NCBI GenBank assembly: GCA_028534125.1
Contig: CM052817.1
Coordinates: 80,912,001-80,976,000, forward strand
Direction of reading: 5' to 3'
Length of the DNA: 64,000 nucleotides
Source: Lama glama
Lineage: Eukaryota
Made by a program: the position numbers and the translations under genes. This document shows, piece after piece, positions 11,780 to 26,639 of the stretch. Numbering within the stretch: position 1 is the stretch's first letter; every line of letters starts with the position of its first letter. Under the pieces are notes generated by a model, which saw nothing but the letters and a program-made list of their open reading frames with translations, ran no database searches and was not told the origin of the DNA.

Positions 11780-11915
11780 TGGGGAGAGGGAAAGAGAAGA
11801 GAAAGAGAAGAAAGTGAGTAGACAGGAGGAAGGGATGAAGAGGAGAGAGAGGAAAAGGAATGAGATAAGAGAAATAAAAAGTGGAAGGAAGGAGGAAGGA
11901 AGACATAAAGGGGAA
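11780..11915. repeat. GA-rich low-complexity polypurine tract
   Basis: Almost entirely G/A on the + strand. Confidence 0.8.
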
Positions 11916-14829
11916 CAATAGCAAATTACACATATCTGCTCATTAAAATATTGAAAATAAGACCATTAACATTGCATTCAAATTGGAATTTCCTCTCATA
12001 GTAGAGGACAGGAGGACAACAGAGAGCAAAATAAGAAACCAAAAGTGGTGTCTAGGGCCAGGTGAGGGGAATTTCCAGGCAAACTTTAAATCCCAGTTTA
12101 TTTTGCTGAATATAATTAATTCCCCTTAGGAATTCAAATGTTTTATTTCTGCAGTAGCTTTTAGAAACTACTTCACCATGTTACAGTCTTTTTTTGTTTT
12201 ACTTTATTTTTGAATGACAGCAAATTCTGATGGATTTCTTTTTGAAAAGAATATAAGTTCATTGCCAATGTCTCATATCTACCCCACTTACATTCACATG
12301 TTCACTTTTTTAAAAATTATGAATTCTTCCTGCCTGTAATAGTCTTCTAATTATTTTCAAATCTCATCTTTGTCATCATTCATTACTGCCATCAACCTTA
12401 TCATCATCATTCAGTCTTATTCTCAAAATTCCACTGGATGCAAGACACTGTGACAGGAGATAAGCCGTGAAGCTCTTTGACTGAGTGGTGACCCTACCAC
12501 CATTTCCTCTCTCAAGATGGACTTTTACATTATGTTTCTCAGGATGACTGCTCAAAGACTGAATTGGTCAAATTGGTCAGTTGTCATTACTGTTAACATA
12601 CAGAAACTGTCTTTTTTTCTCACACTAGAACCTAGGTTGGTTTCAAAATTCCTTATAGTATCACAGCTTAGTGACAGGAAAGCTTGTTTTCCAGCAGCCT
12701 CTGGCCTTCACTTACTTCTTTCACTCCCACCAATTTATCTCTGCAGTTTTAGGGAATATTGCCAAGTCCTCTCTAGATGGGGGTAAGCACTGTAAATCCC
12801 TAATTCCCAAACTAATCTTATAGCAGGGGACATGTTCTGGGCAGCCTTCCCATTCTGCTAACACCACACGTATTTTTTTTTTTCTTCCTGAAGTGTGTTC
12901 TATATCTTGCATGCTTACTTATCCAAAAGTTAATTATCAAATTTACTGCATATTTTAAAAAATTCAGAACACCTGAACCTGGGACAGCACACATTATTTT
13001 TATTATATGAACTGAGAAATCAGCCTGAATTTTTATTTAACCAGTAGAGTCTAAGTTTCTTTAAAACTGGAGATCATCTGAAAGAGTTGGGTTTAATGTG
13101 CTCAAAGACAAACGAGTCCCTCTAGATCGTTCAGAAAATGTTGTGGACATGTGCCAACCTTCAGTTATTCAGAAATAGATGATACAGGGTTTTGCTTTCT
13201 TAGAATTCTCTTTTATGTCTAGGTGTTTTATTTTTGACCACTTGCTGCTGGGTAGTCTACATTAGAAAAATGGAGGAAAAGAAGGAAATATTCAAATGCC
13301 AGCATGTCACCATACGATGCATCAGCCAGTATTGGTAGAACAAAAACAAATTTCCACATAATTTGAACAAGAAGTATAAATTAAAGTAACATAATAAAAA
13401 GTTTCAAAGGCTGTTGAATTTTGATGGACTCCGAAAAATTGCAGTCTTATCACTGTATGTACGTATATTTCACTGTTTTTATGCAGAAATAATTTTCTTC
13501 TTCACCCTTTGGATATACCTTATTTAAAATCCTTTGTGCTATGACCATACTATACTATTAGCATGCTATTACTAGAACTATGAAGTACTGATCAAGTTAG
13601 TTAATTATATAAATATGTTGTTAAATATAACAATTATTGTCATAATGACTATTTTCTGGTATCATCCAACAAGAATTTTAGAATTTTTGTTACTACTAAT
13701 AATGATGGTTTGGTTTATAATTTAGAAATTTTATTTTAAGTGATATCTGGGAGGTAACAAGGCATAACACAATAATTTGGAAATGACATGGTACTCTGAG
13801 AATTAAACTTTAAATAATGGATTAGAGCAGAGCTATGTAAAGTCATTTCTTTTTCAAAAAAGAAGAACAAGAAGAATGCTTTCTAGGACAGAGGGGCTAG
13901 AGAGTAAACTGCCATCTCTAAATAAATGGGATGTCAATCAGAATGGTTTTGGTCAGCCATAGAAGGCTTGGGGGAAAAAAAGCTGTAGAGCCATAGAGAC
14001 AGAGATGGCCATGCTTATCGGAAAAAGAATAATGCATTGTGAGACCAGTTTGGGTATATTGGTCATGCTGTTGTAAGGGAGCCATCTAGCATTCATTACA
14101 CAGGGATGACACTCGTTATACTATGGGATCAAGGAATCACCACCTCCATCTTGTTCTGCTGTTTCTGATCACACTGTGACCAAACAACTTTGGGAAAATG
14201 AGGAGAGAGCCTGTGGCTGGATGGTGATATTTCTCATCACATGATTGAATCAGTCTTCTGCTTTTATACATCATTCTGTTTGAAAATGTCTTTCCAGGAC
14301 TAAACATTGTGCAGTGACATTGTGCAGTTGAAGCTTAGCCTGTGCCTGTTGTGATGCAAATGATGACACACATTTGCGGACTGACAGTTTGCTCACTATT
14401 GCAAAAACAAAAAAAATTTGGTCACAAGTGATAAACCTTTTGAATTCTAAGGTAGACACCTACTCGGAGGCCTTTTGCCTGGTTGACAATAACAATTCAA
14501 GTATCAAGCCAATTCGGAAAAATCCCTGTAGGTAGTATTTTTCTTTTCACTCCTCTCAATTTCTTTCTTTTTCTTTCTTCCCTTTGTCTCGTATCTACAC
14601 AGTATTCCACAACAAATTACTTTGTTAATAGACACTGTTCCTTGCCCACCAAAATTTTAAGAAAATGTATATTCTATATGCAAAACATAATAAATACTGG
14701 GTAGTCCTTCATAAAGAAGCATACGACCTAGAGCAAGGATTTCATTCCTGGAAATAATAAATAAATACTATTTCTCACATTCATTCACATACATATATAT
14801 GCATTTATTTGCACCTAGTGAATGAAAGT

Positions 14830-15470
14830 CTGTGATTATCATTTATAACATTAAGATATAAAAATGCCAATATCAGTAATATACAAATAGTTATAAGAAA
14901 TTATTAAAAACAAAAGTAAACAACTCAATAAGATGAAATATTGAGTTTGAACAGGTAATTTCCTAAGCACGTAAATACAGCCACTAACACTTTGAAAATT
15001 TTCTAATTCGACTAAAAATCAAATAAATGCAGTAAAATTAAACAACAAAATATCATATTTTCCCCATCAGATTAGAAGAAAAAAATTAATACCCAGTAAC
15101 GGTAAAAGTATAGTGAAATTAGCATGTTTATGATTCAAATATCAAAATGAATAATGTAGTTCTATTCTATAGACATGCAAAAATACTGAATGAAATAAAA
15201 GTAGGTTAGAAAATAGCCTGTACAATATAGATGCTTTATCATCACGAAGTTTCTGTCAGGTTTGGTATCCGTCTATCTATATACCTATAACACATATAAG
15301 ATATAGATAAATATGCCTAGATTGGATATCAAGAGAAGTCTAGACAGATGTTTTCTCAAATTTATTTGTTTTTTCCCTTGGTGACTGAATTTTAGGTATT
15401 TTTATTTTCTTTTTTTAACTTGTCTATATTATGTTATATTTCTATACTGAACCCTTATTTTTTAAACTGT
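14830..15470 (+). mobile_element. Old L1ME-type 3' region
   Basis: aaaaatcaaataaatgcagtaaaattaaacaacaaaatatcatattttccccatcagattag resembles the ORF2 end and 3' UTR of old L1M. Confidence 0.65.
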
Positions 15471-18400
15471 GACTTGAAATATAAAACAAAGGTAAATATG
15501 CATCCAGATACATGGGAGGAAAGTGGGGAACATGTGCTTATTCCAAAAAGAAACTGGGTCTGTGTAAGAGACTCAAACAGATTAATCTCTAGTTTAAAGT
15601 AACAGAATATCCTCACTTTCTTCAAAGAATGGTGTTGTATTTGTTATTTATTAATGACATGTGAATGTTTTCTTTCATGATGTCCTGTCTCTGGGAGGTA
15701 TTTTAAAATCATCCTCTTTAGAGACAGAAACTTGTTAAACTTGAGTCAGCAGAAATTATTTTAAAATGCTTATAAAAGTTTAACATCTATTTTAAATAAA
15801 CAAAACTGCATATGTTGAGATTAGACAAAGTTTTATTAGAAAATAAAATTCTGAGATTATGGCAATTTTTCTGGAGAATTTGTTGAAAATAAAGGTAAAT
15901 AAAATGTCCAATCATGAATTATGAATTGAATTCAATTTTGGTAGAATGAATCACTTGTCTACAGATAATTGAAGAGAGAATTAACATGACTCAAACCAAC
16001 CTCACAGAATTAGTCCTACACTTCCTGCCCCAACAGGAATCAGTATTTTGTGTGTCAGGTTAACCCTGTACTGAAAGTTACACACATCTTTTATTCCTTT
16101 CCTTTCTCAGTTAGTAGACTTTAACTGTCCAAAATCTTGAGCCACTGGAAACATTTCCTATTGTCAGACTATCTGTTAAGCTTCCTGGTTGCATTATTTC
16201 ATCCCCACATGCTCTGAGGACTTTCTCAGAGCCTGTTTTCCTCAGTCAGCACTCAAAATGAACAGGTGCTACCCTTTTGCATCCTCTATGGGGAGTGGGC
16301 TAGAAGGAGCCAACTAATTGAAAAGCTCTACTGAGAAATTCACCCGGCCAGCAGCTGTGTGTGTACAGCAACCCAATGTAACTTGCAGTCCTGTCAGCAG
16401 GGTCCAGAAGGGTGTGGCAAAGGCCCACTTTCCCAGATGGTCTGCATTCTATGATGACACCGTAACTGCATGACGCCTCTGCTCTGAAGATGTGACATTT
16501 GGTCTCTAGATAAATATCATTCCCAGAACTTTGAGAAAACTAAACTACTTTTATTGCATGGAATGTTTTTCTTATCTGTAGTTAGGCAAGAACAAAAGAG
16601 GCTTGACCATACTTTTTTAAAGTAGCACTCACTTAAACATCACTGTCAGAATAAACTGTTTTTAAATTGTATAATATCAAATATTGCTTTTACTTGTGTA
16701 AGTGCCATGGGGGAGGTGGGAAGCAAGAAGGAAGCAGGGTAGGAAACAGAAAGATAAAGAGAAAAAAAAGTATATGCTGAATGTCAGACATGTTCCTTTC
16801 CCTGCCCCGCCACCCCAAATCTTTATCAATACCATCCTTAAAATTCATTAAGGATTCCAAGGTAGGACAGTGATGGCTGAGACATTGTTTTGGATTTCCA
16901 TACTCCTGTATTCATGCTTGTTGGTCTTTCTCAGATTATTGACCATGGTTCCCCATCAGCAGGGGATGATGCTGTCCCAGGGATGTCTCTGATATTGGTC
17001 AGAATTCTCTCATTCATATCAGAACTGGGCAATCGCCATGTAGCTGTGGAATATAAAACTCCTCATCAAGTTTATGAAAGTGTTACATTCATGTTCCAGC
17101 CTACATGACACATTGTATAGTTTAAATTGCCTTGTCTTCAAACTTCTTTACTTATTCAATATATATTTTCTGAATTCCTACCAAGTGTCAGGTTGCTGTG
17201 TGGGGATATAATGATCATTCTTAGTAGGATTAGTCCTTGTTCTCTTTTCTAACTTACCATAAAATCTCTCTCTTTTCAAATTCTGTTGCATTCTGACCAG
17301 ATTATTTAAATTATGTTTTTTGGTTGATTTATATAAAGTATGCAACTTGCTTGTTCCAAATCTAGTTTTAATATCACCATGATAATTAATATCTTATTAG
17401 ACATATAGGAAGTATTTCAGAAAACTATATTAAATTGAGAAAAGTTCTTAATTAGGTACCTTCATTGAAAATAGGTTTGTATGAAAAGTCTAAACAAGAA
17501 AAAGAATTAAAAATTGCCATATCATATATATCTAGTATTAATCCAAAATCTATTTCAGCAATATTTTGGGTATTGTCTTAAAAAACTGAGTACATATAAA
17601 GACTTATGTCTGTGGAAGTCAGACAGAGAGAAATGTAAAACTTGCCTAACCATCTTTTTTTTTTAATTTGTGCCTTATTAAAAGAAATCAGACAAGGGCT
17701 TTCCTTAGGGAGTTATATCACCTATTCTCAGACTATGCCTATTTTTATAGTATCAACATTTAGATTAAAAAGTGAGAATTGCACAGGTCCCTTGATAACA
17801 TTTGGGTAACTGGTACACTCCGATCATGGACTAGACTTTTTCTCTGTCCTTAGATAACAGGCCTCAGGCTGGAACTAACTTAAACATACCTTGGGCCTGG
17901 TAGAGACTGGAGGAAATTCCCATGAAAATATACCTTTAAAGTCATCCCTCTTGAACTTGCATGAGAAGGAAAAAGAGATTTTTTTAGTTAGAAAAAATAA
18001 TGCATGCATTTATAATCTAGTTTCTTCATATATAGCCCTTCAGGCAATAGAGGAAAACTAAATTTCACTGGAGTCACTTTAATAAGGCTTCTTAGCTATA
18101 TATTTTGTTTCTAAACTTTCTGTTCTTTTGGAAAATATGCTTTAAAATTTCTATGCAATGGAAACTTAATCTTGATAGTACCCTTGCCAAATTTATGGGA
18201 AATAACATATACATAAAACTATTGATGCCAAATTATGCTGTATTACAGGAAAATATAGTATTGCAAGTATTGTCTGCTTGCTTATAGCAAAAATGGTCTA
18301 CACTTGCAAGACTATATCTTATGCTGGGCATAAGATACGTAAGATATATATTGTCACTTGCTATTGCCTGGTATTTTGAATTTTAAGACAACTTCAAAGT

Positions 18401-21400
18401 CTCAAATGAAAGATTTTTTTTTCTAAACTGTGCACTACCCAGAATATGACAAGAATTTTTTTTTTGAAAATTGTTGGGTGTTACATGAGCTAATTTTTTT
18501 CTCTAACTCCTTTTTACACGGTCCATTAAAAGTGATTTTTCTTTATTATTTTCTAGGTAGATATTTGGGTAGAAAACCACTTGGTAGTAAAAATTGTCAA
18601 AAATTTAGCAGGAAGAAAAAAAATATAAGTGAAATAAAAAGAGAAGGCAGAGGCCTGTTTAATTTTCAAATTTAATAATACTCCGTGGATAACTGAGGGT
18701 TGGCAGATATAATGTTTCTCGTCTAGCCCTGCCATTTAGAGAGAAGTATTTCATATCTACATTGACAAAGTACAAATGCTGTCCAGGGATGCTGCATGGA
18801 ATTCATCTCTTTCCAGGACTTCAAAAGTACATAAATCCATAGTGTTTTGAATGGTTATGCTTATAGTGAATTTTTCTTTCCCTTTTCTTTCTGGAGGAGA
18901 GTTAGTCAATCCTTTCTTCATCCTTTACCTCCACTCTTGTCTAGATAAGAGTCAAAACAGAAATATGCAGCTAAGTAATTATCTGTGATCTCAGATGTTT
19001 AAAATCAAAAGGATAAAACATAAAAAATTAGAAAAAGAAAAAAGTGAGAAGTAGAAACACTTCATGATGAATAATAAATAAATTTTTCCTCACTGGAGAG
19101 GCTTTAAATGAAACATTTCTACCTAACAATTGTTAAAAAAATCATATTTAATTCAGTAAATATTAAACTCATAACATTCATTTAACAAGTAATGTTATGT
19201 ATCTAGCATCATGCAGACTGAGTCTGTATTGCCCTCACACTGAGTTTAAACAAAATAAGCATCTTAGCTGTACCTAAGTTTAAGGTTGTTTAAAGAAAAA
19301 AAAATCCATTTTGTATATTGCTTTGGACAGCTGCTATCTGTAATAAAGAGCTCAATAATGTTAGTTTAAATATCTTATAAAATCAATTGTCTTGACTGTT
19401 TCATGTCTGTAAAATAAAATTACACTTTCAAATAAGCCAGAAGTTTTGCCTATAATGATCAGACTGTACGTACTCTGTATATGAATACTTTTCTTTTTAG
19501 TGTTTATATTGCATTTTAATATCACTGAATAAAAAATAGAAAATAGTTTTTAATAAAATTATATACTTAAAAACATAAAAGAAATGAATTAGTGTTAAAC
19601 TATAAGCATTATATTGCAATAATTAAATTGAGAAACATGCCCATCCTCAATATTAGAATTCAAATAAGGTATAATGAGTATTTAACTTTCCAACACATTC
19701 ATTTTTTTTTTATGTTAACAGTAATTGGATTTTGGTTGCTTCAATACAACAAAGACCTGATGATATTCCATAATTCAAATGGAAAAAGTTCATGGAAAAT
19801 ATTTTAAGATACAGTTATGTCTTTTTTTCTTATTTTGTTTAGAAGAAAAATACTTCGGTTCAAAATCTGATTGACAAGTTAGATGTCTTTGAATAACTAA
19901 ATATCCTAATATCACTTTCTTAATCAGCAAAATGAGGAGTATTTAAGGTGAACCTTTATCTTCTTGGTTCTGCCCATTCAGAACTCTCACAGATGAAGTA
20001 ACTGTTCCCCACAAAGAGGAATTAAACATGCTGTGGTCTCTTATTGGGTATTTCCTTGAATTATACCAGCTTTTAGCAAGGCCTTGTTATTTGCAGTTTA
20101 CTCTGAAAACAGTTATCTGAGTTTTCTCTTCCATCTATCCTCATGTTTCGTATTTTGGATTTAGTTTTTCTTTCATCCAGTGTAGTATTTACTTATACTT
20201 TAAATTTGTATTATGCTTTTTTTAATAGTGGAATTACATAATTTCTTTTCTGAATAATATTAAAGAATAATTTTTGAACAATAATATTGGCATTGAGAGA
20301 AATCACTGGTGCCAGAATCTGATTGGCAATTGGAAAACTGTATCTTCCAGCTCTACAGGACACTCACTCCGCCTGGTGCATAGGCCCCTCCTAATGGTGC
20401 TGTGCTACAAGTGCTTTTCATGTAGTGTTTTGGGTGCCAAGGCAACTTCTCACACAACAGTCTGGGGAGCAGCAGGTACAGTGCAGCAGCAGGTACTGTG
20501 CAGGCTTTTAGTCATCCTGTGATTGATTGTAATACTTAGAAATCAGCATCCTAACATTTGGTGCACAGCAGTTTACTCAAAATCTATTAGATTAATTGTA
20601 CAGCCATCAAAACCTGGAAAGCTATGTGTAAAAACATGATATGAATGTAAGCAGCATAAAGCTATACTGTTCTCAGTCTTAATGAGTTTATAGGGGTAGC
20701 TTTAGACATTTAACAGCTTAATAACTTTGAAGAGGATTTTTAATAGAATTGTCTATTATGCTAAAGTGGGTAGTGCTAAAATCTAAAGAGGGATTACATA
20801 TGAATGTATATAAACCATATAATGGTTAAAACTTTTAGAATTTAGAGTTGATATTAAAAAAAAGAGGGTTGCTAAGCTTCAGGGAGAAAGAAGATGTGAA
20901 TAATTGTGAAATCTTACAGAAAATGTTAGAACAAATCATGTTTACCTTATTTGTATGCTATGCAAAAGTAAATGATGTGAGTGAATATTGGCTTGTAGAC
21001 CATCTTTATTCTGATGAGACCATGCCAAAATGTTGTCTACAGTATTGTAACCTCATTTTTTTTAAGGCAGCAGCCAGTTGGTGGGACAGCTGAGAAAAAC
21101 TCTGAATAATTAAAGCTATGTGAAGGTACTGAAATATTAGACAAATTTCAAACAAATTTCTTCAGGAAATCAAATATGAATGGTCAGGCTTCACAAAAAC
21201 CAGATCCCATTTTCCAGCAAAGAAACCATGACTGAAAATAGCAACAACACTTGGTACACCCTGTACAATTAAACACATATGCAAACTAACAGTGAAACTG
21301 CTGGCAAAACATGTTTTGTGTCTATGTCTAAATCCATCTCGTTTCTGGAAGAATGACTAGGGGAAGAAATAACTGATAAACCAAATATCTAATATGTAAA

Positions 21401-22024
21401 CATATGATTTAAAATGTTTCTGCGTGCTGATTTATCAGAAAGGGTAGCAAGGAGGGGAGGGAAAGGTTAAGCTTTCTTTGTTTATAGTGGATTTAATATT
21501 ACACAGTAAGAGGAAACAAAGGATATTCTTGGAGCATTCTGTTAAAAAAAACTTTTCAATGAGAATTCCAGAGCAGCCATGATGTTAAACAGATGTATTA
21601 TTCTTCGGACTTAAAGTAAGAAGGTACAACAATTATTGTACATATACACAGAATACTTTGTTTTCATATTTTCCCGGTAAGTATATAGACATTGTTTTCC
21701 CAGTAAAAATATAGAAATAAAAGCACTATGGTAACACTACGTTTGAGATGATTGAGGAGTCAGCAGTTAAACTTTAAATCTTGAGTTCTGACTAAATTAT
21801 TCTATTTAATGATTTTTTTAAAATGTCATTTTCAGAAATGACAATTCCTAATAAATTTTTTCATGGGTCAGACTGAAAGCAAATTTTTGTTATGTCTACT
21901 TAATCTCCTTTCAAAATCCATTTATTTCTCATGGGGATGGATATCCTATAGGACTCTTTTGGTTTCAACATTATCTCTGAATTAGCTAATTCATACAGCA
22001 AATTATAGCACTATAATTTCAAAA

Positions 22025-22185
22025 TAAAATGAATATAGGAGTTCAGATACCTCTTGCAGATTCTGATTTAAATTCTTCTGGATATATATAAATATATACA
22101 CACAGAAATGGAACAGCTGGATCATATGGCAGCTCTATTTTTACTTTTCTGAGGAATCTCTATACTGTTTTTGATAGCAGTTTTA
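22025..22185 (-). mobile_element. L1M fragment
   Basis: cagaaatggaacagctggatcatatggcagctctatttttacttttctgaggaatctctatactgtttt. Confidence 0.8.
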
Positions 22186-22387
22186 TAACAGGCATGAAAA
22201 TGCATACTAGCCTGATTTTCCCCAAGCTATTTGGTTTAAGGAATTGTCATGTTTGCCCATTCTTTGCTTTAAGATTTGTTAAGTATATTGAACAAGCATA
22301 CAATAGTTTTGATTTAGTAACTAGGCAAATTCCTTATTCCTCGTGTTGCCAAATTCCACCCCTCCCCCCACCACTGGAGGTGGAATA

Positions 22388-23740
22388 TTTATTTTTTTAA
22401 TTAAAAATTGCATTGAGGTATAGTTGATTTCCAATACTATAGAAGTTTCAGGTATACAACAGAGCAATTCACAATTTTAAAGGTTATACTCCATTTATAG
22501 TTACTATAAAATGTTGGCTGTATTCCCTGTGCTGTACAATACAGCCTTGTAGCTTATTTATTGTATACATAGTAGTTTGTATCTCTTAATTCTCTACCCA
22601 TATCCTATCCCTTCCCCTTCCTCTTCTCTTTTCCCATCTGTAACCACTAGTTTGTTCTCTGTATCTGAGAGTCTGTTTATTTTTTGTTATATTCGTTAGT
22701 TTGCTTTTTTTTAGATTTCACATATAAGTAATACCACACAATATTTCTTTCTCTAACTTATTTCACGAAGCATAATACCCTCCAAGTCCACCTATGTTGT
22801 TGCAAATGGCAAAATTTCATTCCTTTTTATGGCTGAGTAGTACATTGTATATCTATACCATGTCTTCTTTATCCACTCATCTGTTGATGAGCACTGAAGT
22901 TGCTTCCGTATCTTGGCTATTGTAAATAATGCTGCTGTGAACAGCGGAGTGCATGTATTTTTTCAAATTATTGTTTTTGTTTTCTTTGGGTATATACGCA
23001 GGAGTGAAATTGCTAGATCATATGGTATTTTTAGTTTTCATTTTTTTGAGGAAGCTGTACAATGTTTTCCACAGTGGCTGCATCAATTTACATTCCCACC
23101 AACAGTGTACATGGATTCTCTTTTCTCCACATCCTTGCCAGCATTTGATATTTGTAGTCTTTTTGATGATAGCCTTTCTGACAAGTGTGAGGTGATATCT
23201 CATGGTGGTTTTGATTTGCACTCTCTGACGATTAACGATGTTGAGCATCTTTTCATGTGTCTGTTGGCCATCTGTATGTCTTCTTTGGAAAAATGTCTAT
23301 TCAGGTCTTCTGCCCATTATTTAACCAGGTTGTCTTTTTGATGTTCAGTTGTATGAGCTGTTTATATATTTTGGATATTAACCCCTTATTGGTCATATCA
23401 TTTGCAAATATTTTCTCCCTTTCAGTAGGTTGTCTTTACATTTCGTTGATGGTTTTCTTTGCTGTATAAAACCGTTTAAGTTTAATTAGGTCCCACTTGC
23501 TTATTTTTTGCTTTTGTTTCCTTTGCCTTAAGAGACAGATTCAAAAATACACTGGCAGCAGTTTATGCCAAAGTGTGTTCTGCCTATGTTTTCTTCTAGT
23601 TTAATGGTTTCCTGCCTTACATTTAGGTCTTTAATCCATTTTGAGTTTATTTTTATATATGGTATTAGAAAATGTTCTAAGTGTATTTTTTACATGTGGC
23701 TGTCCAGTTTTCCCAGCACCAGTTGTTGAAGAGATAATTT
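22388..23740 (-). mobile_element. 5'-truncated L1 (ORF2 C-terminus plus 3' UTR), cetartiodactyl type
   Basis: ORF 23018-23248(-) contains [33 protein letters not shown]...[15 protein letters not shown], the L1 ORF2 C-terminal Cys-rich region. T-rich tail at the left end. Confidence 0.95.
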
Positions 23741-25107
23741 TTTCTTCATTGATTTGTGGTTTATCACATAACTAATATGGATAAGTAAACACAAGACCCA
23801 AGATCTCCAGCCATTGTGGTCGCCCTTTTCATACTTTTCACATTGTGATCTGAGGTTCCATTCAGCAGATTTTGAGAATGTTCCCCCCACTGCCGTAATT
23901 TTTCTCTGGAAGTGTTACATGTTCTATAAATCCAACTTGTTCCTGACTCCAGCTATGTCAAAGCTCTGCTGAGGCCCTTTCTTCTACCTATGAGCAACTT
24001 CTCCAGGAAGCTTCAATTTTCCCATACCATTCCACTGTGAACATGGATACAGATAAATCCTTCAATTCCTCAAGGCAAAAAACGAAAAACAGCTTGAAGG
24101 TGAATTGCTGTCTTCGTTTCTACAGAAAGAAATAATACTTTTCCACGTTCTTAAAAAAATATCAAAGTTCCTCGCGGATCTTTCCTTCCCATAATAAACT
24201 TCTTACAATATACATAATGTATATAGTTACACAGTAATATTGGCATTTTATTATCAATTTTTCCACCACCAGATTATTGCTAAAATCTTTGGCCAGATAT
24301 ATTTAATAGAACCATCTTCATTTTGGTTGTGCCTAAACATTTTGTTTCTTTTATTTTCCTTATTCTCTGATATCAACCAGTTATTTTGTCTGAGGAATCC
24401 CATGCTGATTCATGTGGTGCTGGTCACTTTCTTATACGAAGACCAACAAATACTGTAAGAAATTCTCAGTCTCTCCATCAGCAGTTGCTCAAATTTCAGC
24501 CTTTATGATACAGAGGTGACATCGACTACACTTTAATTCCTGTTGCTATTCTGTGCCCACTGAAGGCAGCCTGCAAGTTGAACTGCTGCAGTGCCTCTCA
24601 GAATGTGTACTCTACAGTGGTGCCCAATTTAACTACACAGACCTGAATGTTTTCTCCATAATAGAAGTCAGGGAAAAGAAGGAAAAAAGAGAAAAGTATC
24701 AAATTCCTCAGCTTGTGATTTCAAAAAAGTTTCAACAAGTAAAGATCCTATTTAGAAAACCTTATTGTGTGATGACTTCTTGATCCACGTTATCCAATTT
24801 CACCCTAAACGTGTGTGGTCTGAGGCTTTGTTCTCTGCCATTTTATAGTCACTATACAGGACCTACAATAATATCTGTCAACAGCAGCCTTTAATACAGA
24901 GGTAGGCAGCTAATAACTTTTTATATTAATTAGAGGCAAAGTAATCTTTGCAAAATAATTTTTAAATTTCAGATTTTAGCTGTCATGTTGGGACAAAAAA
25001 GTCCTTGAACTAAATATGTAACACTGGAAACACTACAGCTTTTCTTCTCAATGGTAAAAATAATTGAATATCCAAGCAATTGCTCTAATAGAGTTAAAAC
25101 TGGTTTC

Positions 25108-25320
25108 CATTTATTCATTCTTTAAATAAAAGTTTATTGAGTATGTTTTATACAATGTCCAGCTGGGTTTTGTGGATACAAGAACCAGAACCAAGTCTTT
25201 CTTTTCAGAGACCTAATAGTCTAGTGGGGGGAAAAGGCTTAAAAACCAATTGTTATTATTTATAAGTACTCTACTGGAGCAGTTATTCTTACACAGGGAT
25301 GCACAACAAATACTTATAGG
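25108..25320 (-). mobile_element. L2 3' end
   Basis: catttattcattctttaaataaaagtttattgagt...agacctaatagtctagtgggg. Confidence 0.65.
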
Positions 25321-26027
25321 CATTTCTTTTATCATTGTTTTTCAAAACACATGTGCATGGCTATGCCTTTCAGGTGTATGAGTTTTAAAAAGCATTACTT
25401 TGATTCTGACTTGCGCGTTTATTGGAGTCATAGGAAGATGATGCTAGCATTCAGCAGAGGGAATGATGAACTCAGGCTGGGAGGCAACATTTGGTCTAGC
25501 ATAACTTTAATCTGGGTCTTGAGGATTATGTGGGAGTTCAGTAGGTAGAGAAAATGGAAACGGTACTAGGGTCAGAGAAATAGCAAATAAAAAGGCATAG
25601 AAGCATACTTATAAACAGAAGGAAGACATAACATTTAAAGATAACATGGCATGGCAATGACTTCTGAAAACCTGTCACAAACAAAAGCCCTTTGGACCTA
25701 TGTTGATCAATCACAAAATAAAGTGTCCTTAGAAGTAAACATGTCAATAAGAATTTGAATCAAAGTCAATGACTGCGTCTGTGTAAGAGCAAATTTCATT
25801 TTCTGGCAAGTAGGGAACCACGGCATATGGTTGTGGGAAAGGATGACAGTATGAGAACTGGTTCCACCCTTTGAAAAAATGTTGTTTCAAAACATTTGTC
25901 CTCTAGACAGTATCCTCCTAAATGCATGTCATAAATGAAATTCTGCCTTTTCTTGATTAACATTCTTTCTAGTTCTAAATAAATCAGAAACCAAGTAGGA
26001 ATAGGCATGTGAGGTCAACAAGTTTAT

Positions 26028-26235
26028 AAGATAATAGGTCTTTATATGTGCCACACATTGTGCTAAGCACTTGTAAAACACTGTTTAACCTCACCACTAT
26101 AGGACTTATTAGCTCCATATTACTGGTGAGAAAGCTATGAATTTGATAGTTGAATAGCTTGCCTAAGATAACTTGGTATTTAAACCCAAACAGACTCTAA
26201 ATTCTGGCTTCTAAAGACTCTGATCTACAGTCTTA
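26028..26235 (-). mobile_element. MIR
   Basis: tatgtgccacacattgtgctaagcactt...gcttgcctaagataac. Confidence 0.7.
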
Positions 26236-26639
26236 TTTTATGGCATACATACACTTTTCTAATACATACTCAACTTATAACAAGGATGGTGGAAAACACT
26301 CATTAATGCCACATAACAAAGTACAGTGTATTGTGTTGTAATACAAAAAGCTGTCAAGCAATAACATGTTCAAGCATACATTAGTTTTGTCACCTTGAGA
26401 GTATAAAGAATTGATAACTTAGATGACATTAGTCAAATTTTGAATGAATTTTCTTCAAATTGAACTTTAAGATAAAATATGCTGTATACCAGGAGGACAT
26501 TTTTGAATGAAACTTAAGAGGACAGACCAGCATAGCTCTTAAGCATTCACTCTTCATTCCCCAGGTAGGGAAACAGGATTAATGTCCTTTCTCAAATTTT
26601 TACAAGATCAGACCATTTTCTTTCATGACCATGTAAATC

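Noticed and set aside
22913..23469. Several 70-142 aa ORFs on the + strand
   Set aside because: They are antisense frames of L1 ORF2/3' UTR.
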